Origin: Patescibacteria group bacterium
GTDB lineage: Bacteria > Patescibacteriota > Patescibacteriia > JBDRGY01
NCBI GenBank assembly: GCA_043817315.1
Contig: JBDRGY010000001.1
Coordinates: forward strand, 78,702-142,701
Direction: 5' to 3'
Length of the DNA: 64,000 nt
Shown here: piece by piece, positions 53,675-62,231 of the stretch
Layout of the letters: every line of letters begins with the position of its first letter
How positions within the stretch are numbered: position 1 is the first letter of the stretch
Program-made: the position numbers and the translations under genes
Notes under the pieces: model-generated
Told to the model about the DNA's origin: nothing
Seen by the model: only the letters and a program-made list of their open reading frames with translations
The model's database searches: none

Positions 53675-54841
53675 ATGACAGACACCATCAATAAAAGAAA
53701 CTATTTTTTTACTTCAGAGTCGATGACCGAGGGTCATCCCGACAAGGTTTGTGATCAGATATCTGATTCAATCTTAGATTCAATATTAAAGAAGGATAAA
53801 TACGGTCGAGTAGCCTGCGAAACTATGTGCGGCAAGGGATTTATTATTGTAACCGGTGAAATATCCACCAAGGCCTATGTCAATGTGGAGAAGATCGCCC
53901 GAGAAGTCCTTCTGGAAATTGGTTACGATAAACCGGAATACGGTTTTGATTATCAAAGTGTAGGCGTTTTAGTATCCATTAATGAGCAAAGCCAAGATAT
54001 TGCCCGGGGAGTGAAAAAAACTTCTTCAGCGCAGCAGGGAGCAGGGGATCAGGGAATGATGACTGGCTATGCCTCTAACGAAACTCTCCAAATGATGCCC
54101 CTGCCCATTATGATGGCTCATAAGTTGGCCATAGGACTAAGCCAAGCCAGAAGGAAGGGGGTTATCCCTTACCTGAGACCTGATGGCAAGACTCAAGTGA
54201 CGGTTGAATACAAATCAGGTAAGCCAGTCCGTATAGACAGTGTGGTTGTGGCCAATCAGCACGATCCGGAAGTTGCCCTCAAAAAAATTCAAAATGATAT
54301 CAGGAAAAAAGTTATTATTCCAGTTTGCGGCAAATGGCTAGATAAAAAGACAAAGGTATATATTAACAACACAGGGCGTTTCGTGATTGGGGGTCCGGTG
54401 GCTGATTCAGGCTGCACCGGTCGTAAAATCATCGTGGATACCTACGGAGGCATAGTGGGACATGGTGGAGGTGCCTTTTCCGGTAAAGATCCCACCAAAG
54501 TTGATCGCTCTGCTGCCTATATGGCTCGCTACATCGCCAAAAATGTAGTAGCAGCCGGTTTAGCCGATAAATGCGAAGTGCAATTAGCTTACGTAATCGG
54601 AGGCAATAAACCGTTGTCCATAATGATTAACACTTTGGGTACCGGTAAAATTTCCGAAAAGAGAATATTGGGATTGGTTAAGAAAAACTTCAAATTGATG
54701 CCTGGTGATATTATCAGACAGCTGGATTTATTGAGACCGATTTATCGCAAAACAGCCAATTATGGTCATTTTGGCAGAGGAGGGTTTTCTTGGGAGAAGA
54801 CTGATATGGCTGATAAATTAAAGAAACAAGCAGGGTTATGA
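53675..54841 (+). CDS. metK: S-adenosylmethionine synthetase (bacterial type).
   Basis: [32 protein letters not shown] and [19 protein letters not shown]. Confidence 0.9.
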   Translation: MTDTINKRNYFFTSESMTEGHPDKVCDQISDSILDSILKKDKYGRVACETMCGKGFIIVTGEISTKAYVNVEKIAREVLLEIGYDKPEYGFDYQSVGVLVSINEQSQDIARGVKKTSSAQQGAGDQGMMTGYASNETLQMMPLPIMMAHKLAIGLSQARRKGVIPYLRPDGKTQVTVEYKSGKPVRIDSVVVANQHDPEVALKKIQNDIRKKVIIPVCGKWLDKKTKVYINNTGRFVIGGPVADSGCTGRKIIVDTYGGIVGHGGGAFSGKDPTKVDRSAAYMARYIAKNVVAAGLADKCEVQLAYVIGGNKPLSIMINTLGTGKISEKRILGLVKKNFKLMPGDIIRQLDLLRPIYRKTANYGHFGRGGFSWEKTDMADKLKKQAGL

Positions 54842-55764
54842 AAATATTGGTAACCGGCGGCGCTGGATTCATCGGCTCGCACCTAGTTGATAAATTAGTG
54901 ACGGAAGGTCACCAGGTGGCGGTTGTTGATGATTTGTCCAGTGGCAGCCAAGAGAATCTAAATGAGAAGGTAGATTTTCTGGAAATTGATATCAGCGATC
55001 AGTCCAAGATTAATGACTTATTGTCCAAAGAGAAGTTTGAAGTGATAGTGCACACGGCTGCTCAGAAAAACGTTCGTTATTCGGTCGACAATCCTCAATT
55101 TGATGCTGAAATAAATATTGTCGGTAGCCTCAATCTTCTGGAGGCAGGCCGCAAAGCCGGATTGCGCAAATTTATATTTTTATCAACCGGCGGAGCTATC
55201 TACGGAGATACTGATGATCGTCCTACCCCAGAATCTCATTTACCTAAGCCAGCCTCCCCATATGGCATTACCAAACTGGCAGTGGAAAATTACCTGTATT
55301 ACTACCAGTTGCAATACCAGTTGCCTTATGTAGCTTTACGCCTGTCTAACGTTTACGGTCCCAGGCAGGATCCTAAAGGTGAAGCGGGGGTAGTGGCCAT
55401 TTTTTACACCAAAATCAAACAAGGAGAACAACCGATAATAAATGGCGACGGTAAGCAAACCCGGGATTATATTTATGTAAGTGATGTGGTGGAAGCGGTT
55501 AGCCTAAGTCTTGGAGATAAAGCTCTGGGTATTTATAATGTGGGAGTATCTAAGGAGACATCGGTCAATCAACTTTTTAAAGAAATTGTTCAGTCAGTCG
55601 GTCAGGAAATTCCTGAAAAGCACGGCCCGGCCTTGCCCGGTGAGCAGCAAACCAGTTGCCTCGACATTACCAAGATCAAAGAACGATTGGGTTATCAGCC
55701 CAAGGTGGATTTGGAAGCGGGGCTTAAACAAACTAAAGAATGGTTTTATCAGAATGAAGGATAA
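54838..55764 (+). CDS. NAD-dependent sugar-nucleotide epimerase (GalE-like short SDR).
   Basis: [19 protein letters not shown]; catalytic [11 protein letters not shown]. Confidence 0.75.
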   Translation: MKILVTGGAGFIGSHLVDKLVTEGHQVAVVDDLSSGSQENLNEKVDFLEIDISDQSKINDLLSKEKFEVIVHTAAQKNVRYSVDNPQFDAEINIVGSLNLLEAGRKAGLRKFIFLSTGGAIYGDTDDRPTPESHLPKPASPYGITKLAVENYLYYYQLQYQLPYVALRLSNVYGPRQDPKGEAGVVAIFYTKIKQGEQPIINGDGKQTRDYIYVSDVVEAVSLSLGDKALGIYNVGVSKETSVNQLFKEIVQSVGQEIPEKHGPALPGEQQTSCLDITKIKERLGYQPKVDLEAGLKQTKEWFYQNEG

Positions 55765-57067
55765 TAATAAAATTTGCGTTTTAGGTACTGGCTACGTAGG
55801 TTTAGTCTCTGGCGTATGCTTTGCAGAAATGGGTAATCTGGTAACTTGTATTGACAGACATAAGGATAAAGTAGAGATGATGAGGAAAGGAAAGTCACCA
55901 ATTTTCGAACCCGGACTTTCAGAACTGATGAAAAAAAATATTAAAAAAGAGCGACTGTTTTTTGAAACTTCACTGAAAAAGGGCATGAAAGGGGCCACCA
56001 TGGTGTTTATCTGTGTGGGCACCCCGCCCAAGAAGAATGGGGAAGCTGATTTAAGCCACGTCAAAAAGGCAGCGCAGCAGATAGCCAAGAATCTCCAGAA
56101 ATACACCCAGATCGTTATTAAAAGCACGGTACCGGTAGGTACCTCAGCCATGACAGAAAGGCTCATCAGGAGGCATTGTAAGGCCGAATTCGACGTCCTA
56201 TTCTGTCCTGAGTTCTTACGGGAGGGTTCAGCCGTGGGGGATTTCTTAAAGCCGGATCGGGTGGTGATCGGAGCCACCGACAAAAAAATAGCCCGTGATT
56301 TGGTCCAGGTTTTCAAAGAATTGAAAGCTCCGATTTTCGTTACCAACCGATCCAGTTCCGAATTAATAAAATATGCCTCCAACTGTTTCCTGGCCAACAA
56401 AATCTCCTTAATCAACGAAATCGCCAATGTTTGCGAATACACCGAGGCTGACGTAGAGGAGGTGGCCCATGGTGTTGGCTTAGATAAAAGAATCGGACCT
56501 CATTTTCTAAAAGCGGGGATTGGCTACGGCGGCAGTTGTTTCCCCAAAGACGTTCATGCCCTCAATCAGTACGCCGGGGCCAAAGGATACGATTTTAAGT
56601 TATTAAAAGCGGTTATCAAGGTCAACCAACAACAAAGAGATAATTTCGTCAAAAAAATTGAGAAACGCTTGGGTAATTTAAAGGATAAAAGAATCGCTGT
56701 TCTTGGCTTGGCTTTCAAGGGCAATACAGATGATATTCGGGAGTCGGCAGCTATCGAAATCATCAAAGCCCTAACCAAAAAAGGAGCCAAAATTCAAACT
56801 TACGATCCTGAAGCCATCAATCGGGCCAAAGAAGTGCTGGACGGCCAAGTGCGGTATTTTAGAAATCCTTATTCCGCGATCCGCAATTGTGATCTGTTGG
56901 CCATAACCACAGAGTGGCCGGAATTTAAAAAATTAAGCTGGCGTAAAATCAAAACGCTTCTTAAAAACCCCATTATCCTGGACGGCAAGAATATGCTGGA
57001 CGGAGTCAAGTTGAGGAAAATGGGATTTGATTATCAGGGAGTGGGAACCAGCAACGGAACTAAATAA
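55754..57067 (+). CDS. ugd: UDP-glucose 6-dehydrogenase. The true ATG is at 55754 ([17 protein letters not shown]). The ORF-track N-terminal extension back to 55511 is out-of-frame read-through of the epimerase gene.
   Basis: ICVLGTGYVGLVSGVCFAEMGN; catalytic GGSCFPKD; C-terminal UDP-binding domain. Confidence 0.85.
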   Translation: MKDNNKICVLGTGYVGLVSGVCFAEMGNLVTCIDRHKDKVEMMRKGKSPIFEPGLSELMKKNIKKERLFFETSLKKGMKGATMVFICVGTPPKKNGEADLSHVKKAAQQIAKNLQKYTQIVIKSTVPVGTSAMTERLIRRHCKAEFDVLFCPEFLREGSAVGDFLKPDRVVIGATDKKIARDLVQVFKELKAPIFVTNRSSSELIKYASNCFLANKISLINEIANVCEYTEADVEEVAHGVGLDKRIGPHFLKAGIGYGGSCFPKDVHALNQYAGAKGYDFKLLKAVIKVNQQQRDNFVKKIEKRLGNLKDKRIAVLGLAFKGNTDDIRESAAIEIIKALTKKGAKIQTYDPEAINRAKEVLDGQVRYFRNPYSAIRNCDLLAITTEWPEFKKLSWRKIKTLLKNPIILDGKNMLDGVKLRKMGFDYQGVGTSNGTK

Positions 57068-57075
57068 TCAATACT

Positions 57076-58383
57076 ATGAAAAAAACCAAAAAAACTAAGA
57101 AATCGGTTGGAAAACGAAAAACAATTGCCATTGTTGGCATCGGCTATGTGGGATTGCCCCTGGCTTGTTTATGTGCCAATAAGGGTTATAAGGTATTCGG
57201 TATAGGTAAAGACAGAGACAAGATCGCAATGGTTAATGCCGGGATCAGTCCTATCAAGGATCGACCACTTCAGATAGATGTCAAAAAGCAACTGATTGAA
57301 GCTACCGACGATTACCGGGTGATTAAGAAAGCTGGTATCGTGATTATTTGTGTACCTACACCAGTTGACGATCTTTACACTCCTGATTTGGGCCCGGTGC
57401 GTTCGGCCAGTGAAGGAGTACAGAAAAATTTGACAAAAGGACAACTGGTTATCGTGGAATCAACCATCAACCCCGGCGTTTGCGAAGAAGTGGTTTTGCC
57501 AATTTTAGAAAGACAAGGAAAGAAAGTCGGCCGGAATTTCTATCTGGCCCATTGTCCCGAGAGAATAAATCCTGGAGATAAAAAATGGAAAGTCCATAAC
57601 ATTCCCCGAGTAGTCGGTGCTTTCACCTCCAGAGGATTAGCTATGGCAGTAAAATTCTATGAGAGTATTCTTAATGCTCCTGTCAGGCCGATGAAGACGA
57701 TCAAGGAAGCCGAAGCTACCAAGATTGTAGAGAATTCGTTCCGTGATATCAATATCGCTTTTGTCAATGAATTGGCCCGTTCCTTTGACCGGTTGGGTAT
57801 TGATGTTCATGAGGTTATCCAGGGAGCAGCCACTAAACCTTTCGCTTATATGCCCCATTATCCGTCTATCGGAGTAGGGGGGCATTGTATCCCGGTAGAT
57901 CCCTATTATTTGATTGAAAAAGCCAAGCTGCTGGGGTTTGATCACGAATTTTTAAAACTGGCCAGAGTGATCAATAATCGAATGCCTTATTACGGAGTCA
58001 AAGCCCTGCAGAGGAATTTGAACACCATCAAGAAGTCAGTTAAAGGCACCAAGGTGGGAGTCTTGGGGTTGTCATATAAGGCTGACGTCGGTGATATGCG
58101 GGAAACCCCAACTAAAAAAGTAATTGAATACCTCAAGGTTTTGGAGGCTGAAGTTCACCTTTATGATCCCCATTTCCTGGAACTATCGACGGAAAGAAGT
58201 CTCGACGAGCTTTTGGAAAAAGTTGAGGCCATTATCTTATGTACTAACCACAAAGAATTTGTAGAGATGGACTTGAATAAACTGAAGAAAAACAAAATAA
58301 AAGTAATCATCGATGGCAAAAACTGTTGGGACAAAGAAGCCATTACCAAACTGGGCATAATTTATAAAGGAATCGGCCGCTAA
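57076..58383 (+). CDS. Second nucleotide-sugar dehydrogenase (WecC/WbpA/TviB-like UDP-HexNAc dehydrogenase family).
   Basis: IAIVGIGYVGLPLA, catalytic GGHCIPVDP and the C-terminal domain GLSYKADVGDMRETP. Confidence 0.8.
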   Translation: MKKTKKTKKSVGKRKTIAIVGIGYVGLPLACLCANKGYKVFGIGKDRDKIAMVNAGISPIKDRPLQIDVKKQLIEATDDYRVIKKAGIVIICVPTPVDDLYTPDLGPVRSASEGVQKNLTKGQLVIVESTINPGVCEEVVLPILERQGKKVGRNFYLAHCPERINPGDKKWKVHNIPRVVGAFTSRGLAMAVKFYESILNAPVRPMKTIKEAEATKIVENSFRDINIAFVNELARSFDRLGIDVHEVIQGAATKPFAYMPHYPSIGVGGHCIPVDPYYLIEKAKLLGFDHEFLKLARVINNRMPYYGVKALQRNLNTIKKSVKGTKVGVLGLSYKADVGDMRETPTKKVIEYLKVLEAEVHLYDPHFLELSTERSLDELLEKVEAIILCTNHKEFVEMDLNKLKKNKIKVIIDGKNCWDKEAITKLGIIYKGIGR

Positions 58384-58385
58384 CT

Positions 58386-59342
58386 ATGAGATTAGTCATT
58401 ACCATACCGGCCTATAACGAAGAAAAAACTATTGCCAGCGTCATTAGGGGAATCCCCAGGCAGCTTGAGGGAATTGACGAGGTGAAAATATTGGTAGTTG
58501 ATGACGGCTCAACTGATAATACGGTCAGAGTCAGCCAGGAGGCTGGCGCCGATTATGTGGTTTCTCACCAAAATGTCGGCTTAGCTACCAATTTTAGAAT
58601 TTCCCAGGATGAAGCCCTGCAAAGAGGGGCTGATATTATCATAAATATTGATGCTGATAACCAGTACGACCCCAACGAAATCCCAAAATTGATCAAACCG
58701 ATTCTAGACAATGGGGCGGAAATTGTTTCCGGAGACCGGCAAGTTAAAAGATTAGACCACATGCCCATTTCCAAAAAATACGGTAATCTGTTGGGTACCT
58801 GGGTGGTCAGGAGGGTGTCTGGTTTGCCGATAAGGGACGCTTCGTCAGGATTTCGAGCTTATTCCCGGGAGGCCGCTTTAAGACTAAACGTGATCTCTCA
58901 ACATACCTATACTCATGAAACGATTATTCAGGCTGCCAATAAACACCTTAGATTTATCGAAGTACCGTGTACTTTCCGGGAAACCGAGAGGGCCAATCAA
59001 GAATCCAGATTGATCGGTGGCGTCTGGGGCCATATCAAAAAATCAGGAGCTACAATTGTTCGCACCTATTCGACTTATCGTTCTCTCAAAACATTCTTTT
59101 ATATCGGGTTGCCCTTTATTTTGGTCGGCACTTTTTTTATTTTAAGATTTTTTTACTATTACTTTTTCAATTCGGGAGCAGGCCACATCCAGTCTTTAAT
59201 TATTGCTGCGATCCTGATTATTGTCGGTTTTCAGGTATTTGTGATCGGGTTAATGGCTGATGGCATTAGTGCTAATAGAAAAATAAATGAGGAGATTTTA
59301 TACCGCCTGAATAAGGAGAAGTATAACGGTAATAGAAAATGA
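58386..59342 (+). CDS. GT2 polyprenyl-phosphate glycosyltransferase with two C-terminal TM helices (GtrB/ArnC-like).
   Basis: ITIPAYNEEKTI, VDDGSTDNT and DADNQ. C-terminal hydrophobic helices FFYIGLPFILVGTFFIL and LIIAAILIIVGFQVFVIGLM. Confidence 0.75.
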   Translation: MRLVITIPAYNEEKTIASVIRGIPRQLEGIDEVKILVVDDGSTDNTVRVSQEAGADYVVSHQNVGLATNFRISQDEALQRGADIIINIDADNQYDPNEIPKLIKPILDNGAEIVSGDRQVKRLDHMPISKKYGNLLGTWVVRRVSGLPIRDASSGFRAYSREAALRLNVISQHTYTHETIIQAANKHLRFIEVPCTFRETERANQESRLIGGVWGHIKKSGATIVRTYSTYRSLKTFFYIGLPFILVGTFFILRFFYYYFFNSGAGHIQSLIIAAILIIVGFQVFVIGLMADGISANRKINEEILYRLNKEKYNGNRK

Positions 59343-60400
59343 AGGTCTTATTTATATGTGGCAGAGAACCTGAATATTCCAGAAATGCCTTATTATTGAA
59401 AGCACTGAAGAACCGTTATGAAGTAATTGAATGTACCAGCCAGGCTGCAAAATACTCGTTTCGGTTTTTGCATATCATAACTAAGTTTCTATTTCAATAT
59501 CACAATGCTGATCTTATATTTGTCGGTTTTCTGGGCCAGCCCCTGGTAATTTTGATCAGGTTGCTTACCAAAAAACCGATTATTTTTGATGCCTTTATTT
59601 CGCTATTTGATACAGTTTGCTTTGATCGGAAAAAAGCTTCGCCAAATTCACTTGTAGGAAAATTCTGTTTTTGGCTAGATCAAACATCTTGTCAGAAAGC
59701 AGATAAGGTTATTGTTGATACAAAAACGCACAGAGATTATTTTATTGAAATGTTTCGAATACCCCCCGGTAAGGTTGAATATATCTATGTGGGGGCCGAG
59801 GAGTCCGTTTTTTCATCTCAGAAATTTGTAGAGCGAAAAAACGATAAGACAACCATATTCTATTATGGCACTGGTCTTCCTTTGCAGGGCGTGGATATCA
59901 TCCTCAAAGCTGCCAAGAGAATTGAATCTGAGAAAAACATTGTTTTTAGAATTGCAGGACCGATTAATAATAGATGCAGTGCATTGATTCGAGAACTAAA
60001 TCTGTGCAATGTGCGATTTCTCGGCTTCGTACCCTACAGAAAACTATCAGAAGAAATTGGAAGGGCCGATATTTGTTTAGGCGGACATTTTTCTAATATC
60101 GACAAAGCCAAAAGGGTGATTGCCGGGAAAACATTTCAGTTTATTGCCATGAAAAAACCGGTGATCATCGGAGATAATGAAGCAAATAAGGAGTTGTTCA
60201 TCGACGGAGAAAGTTGTAAAATGGTAAACATGGCAGATCCAGATGATTTGGCGAAAGCGATTATTGATTTAAAGTCCGATAATCAATTGAGAGATAAAAT
60301 TGCTAATCGAGCCTATCAGGTCTTTCAAGAGAAATGCAGTTTGGACATTATTACCCAGCAAATATTTGATATTCTCGGTAAATACGAGAAATCATCCTAG
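59339..60400 (+). CDS. Glycosyltransferase with a GT-B fold (GT1/GT4-like).
   Basis: FYYGTGLPLQGVDIILKAAKRI...FRIAGP C-terminal GT-B domain; 353 aa. Confidence 0.6.
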   Translation: MKVLFICGREPEYSRNALLLKALKNRYEVIECTSQAAKYSFRFLHIITKFLFQYHNADLIFVGFLGQPLVILIRLLTKKPIIFDAFISLFDTVCFDRKKASPNSLVGKFCFWLDQTSCQKADKVIVDTKTHRDYFIEMFRIPPGKVEYIYVGAEESVFSSQKFVERKNDKTTIFYYGTGLPLQGVDIILKAAKRIESEKNIVFRIAGPINNRCSALIRELNLCNVRFLGFVPYRKLSEEIGRADICLGGHFSNIDKAKRVIAGKTFQFIAMKKPVIIGDNEANKELFIDGESCKMVNMADPDDLAKAIIDLKSDNQLRDKIANRAYQVFQEKCSLDIITQQIFDILGKYEKSS

Positions 60401-60401
60401 T

Positions 60402-62231
60402 ATGAATAAATTTCGTTTTCTTAATAAAGGGATAAAAACAAATTTAATAGAATCGATTCTGTTATCGATTATAATATGTTTTATTGCCCAGTTATTTTTT
60501 TTGTATTTAAACCTTTTTCAATATACTAAATACCTTTCGTTTCTGCTAATAGTAATCTTCATTTATTTTTTCCGAAAATATACCTCTCACTCAACAGAAA
60601 TAAAAATCAAATTAATCATATTACTTTTAATTATTTCTTTTTTTACCGCCTTTTTCACGACCAAAGATATTAATGCGGGCCGTGATAACGGGGCATATCT
60701 CAATGACAGTTTATTGATTAATAAGAGTAACACCTATATATACCAGGATGCTGTTTTGGCTACTTTTCCTGGTTTTACTAATTTAGAAGACGGAGAGACA
60801 GTTTTAGGTTTTCCTATCGGCTATTCGCTATTTTTAACCTTGTTTCATTTGGGCAAGATGAGTTTTTTGTTTTTGGCAAATTTTATCTTATATTTCTTTA
60901 TTCTTTACTGTGTCTACAAAATAAGCTCAGTATTATTTGAGCGGGCTAATCCACTCTATAGTGTAATATTTTTTTCAACTTTCTATACCAGCATTTGGAT
61001 AACCAGGAATTTCTATTCAGAAAATCTGACTTGTTTTTTATTACTAGGCGCACTGACACTTTTATTGTCCAATAATAAAAACATCAAGTTACTTTCGGCA
61101 ATACCGGCAGTTGCTACGTTGCTAGTCAGGTTAGACACCCTTATTTACCTGCCGATTTTTCTAGTTATTTACTTTATTGAAATCAAGCGGATCAAGGGCC
61201 GAATAGAAAAAAAACTTGTTCTGTTTTTGTTTTTGGCTTTAGCCATAGTCTTTTTTGCCTTCTATTTCTATTCGGTTTCAATCAATGATGAGTATCTGAT
61301 AAATCATTTTAAGGAATTTGTAAGCCCGATAAAAAATTTGTTTTTCGAAGACAACACTACTGGAATAACTGATTTTACCAATCTGCATTTTCCCATGGGC
61401 TATTATACGTTGAAGGTTTTTTCGGCCTATTTATTGCCGGTATTTTTCGCCCTAGCCGTTTTTGGCCTATTCCGCATTTTGAGAAATCGTCATAGGAATA
61501 CCCGATACATTATTTATACGTTGTTATTTTTTGCCCCTTCGTTATTTTTTATTTTCAAGCCGATGATTACGATTGATCACCCCTGGTTCATGAGAAGATT
61601 CTATCCTGCATTCATACCCCTGTTAATTATCCTGGCTGTTTCTTTTTTTGAGAAAAAACTGAAAAAAGGTGATTACATTATTATAATCTTATTAGTTATC
61701 GGCAATCTGGTTAATGTGGCTCCTATTCTATTTTTCAGAGATTACCGTGATTCACCAGTGATGGCAGAACAGTTGGCCGATTCCTTGCCTGACGATTCAG
61801 TATTAATTGTAGCCAGCGGATCTCAGAATACCCTATCAACCTATATGTACATAAATTATGATATTATTTCCAGCATCGAGCCAGCCTACTGGTCTTGGTT
61901 AGATAGAAAATATCCCAATGATTTATTAACTAAACAATATATACTTGATAATTTTGCTGAGAACAAAGAAATCTTTGTGCTATCTAAAGTTAACCCCAGT
62001 TTAGAGAAGGGGACATCGATTTCTAATGTGTTTACCAATGATGAATTAGTCTATCTGAAAGAATATCAATATACAACCCCGGCCATTAAATACTCCTGTG
62101 ATTTCAGGGCGGAATTTCTCAACCAGCAAGCGAATAAAGAAATGATTGACCAAACCTGTGACGATCTCCCCCCCACAGAAATTTCGCAGAAAGTGATTAA
62201 CTTCTATATATATCAATACCAGCCAAGCTAG
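60402..62231 (+). CDS. Large polytopic membrane protein with a C-terminal extracytoplasmic domain. It is a candidate GT-C-type (ArnT/PMT-like) glycosyltransferase or polymerase. The ATG at 60402 (MNKFRFLNK) is preferred over the ORF-track start at 60300.
   Basis: About 12 predicted TM helices, then a soluble tail of about 170 aa. An acidic first-loop segment (DINAGRDNGAYLND). Genomic context with polyprenyl-phosphate GT2s and GtrA. Confidence 0.45.
   Translation: MNKFRFLNKGIKTNLIESILLSIIICFIAQLFFLYLNLFQYTKYLSFLLIVIFIYFFRKYTSHSTEIKIKLIILLLIISFFTAFFTTKDINAGRDNGAYLNDSLLINKSNTYIYQDAVLATFPGFTNLEDGETVLGFPIGYSLFLTLFHLGKMSFLFLANFILYFFILYCVYKISSVLFERANPLYSVIFFSTFYTSIWITRNFYSENLTCFLLLGALTLLLSNNKNIKLLSAIPAVATLLVRLDTLIYLPIFLVIYFIEIKRIKGRIEKKLVLFLFLALAIVFFAFYFYSVSINDEYLINHFKEFVSPIKNLFFEDNTTGITDFTNLHFPMGYYTLKVFSAYLLPVFFALAVFGLFRILRNRHRNTRYIIYTLLFFAPSLFFIFKPMITIDHPWFMRRFYPAFIPLLIILAVSFFEKKLKKGDYIIIILLVIGNLVNVAPILFFRDYRDSPVMAEQLADSLPDDSVLIVASGSQNTLSTYMYINYDIISSIEPAYWSWLDRKYPNDLLTKQYILDNFAENKEIFVLSKVNPSLEKGTSISNVFTNDELVYLKEYQYTTPAIKYSCDFRAEFLNQQANKEMIDQTCDDLPPTEISQKVINFYIYQYQPS

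Noticed and set aside
55511-55753. ORF-track N-terminal extension of the ugd gene (518 aa from 55511).
   Set aside because: The extension is an alternative-frame read-through of the C-terminus of the epimerase gene. The Rossmann fold [17 protein letters not shown] begins at the ATG at 55754.
60300-60401. ORF-track extension of the large membrane protein into the preceding GT4 gene.
   Set aside because: The ATG at 60402 follows the GT4 stop by one nt and begins the hydrophobic protein. The extension is an overlap artefact.
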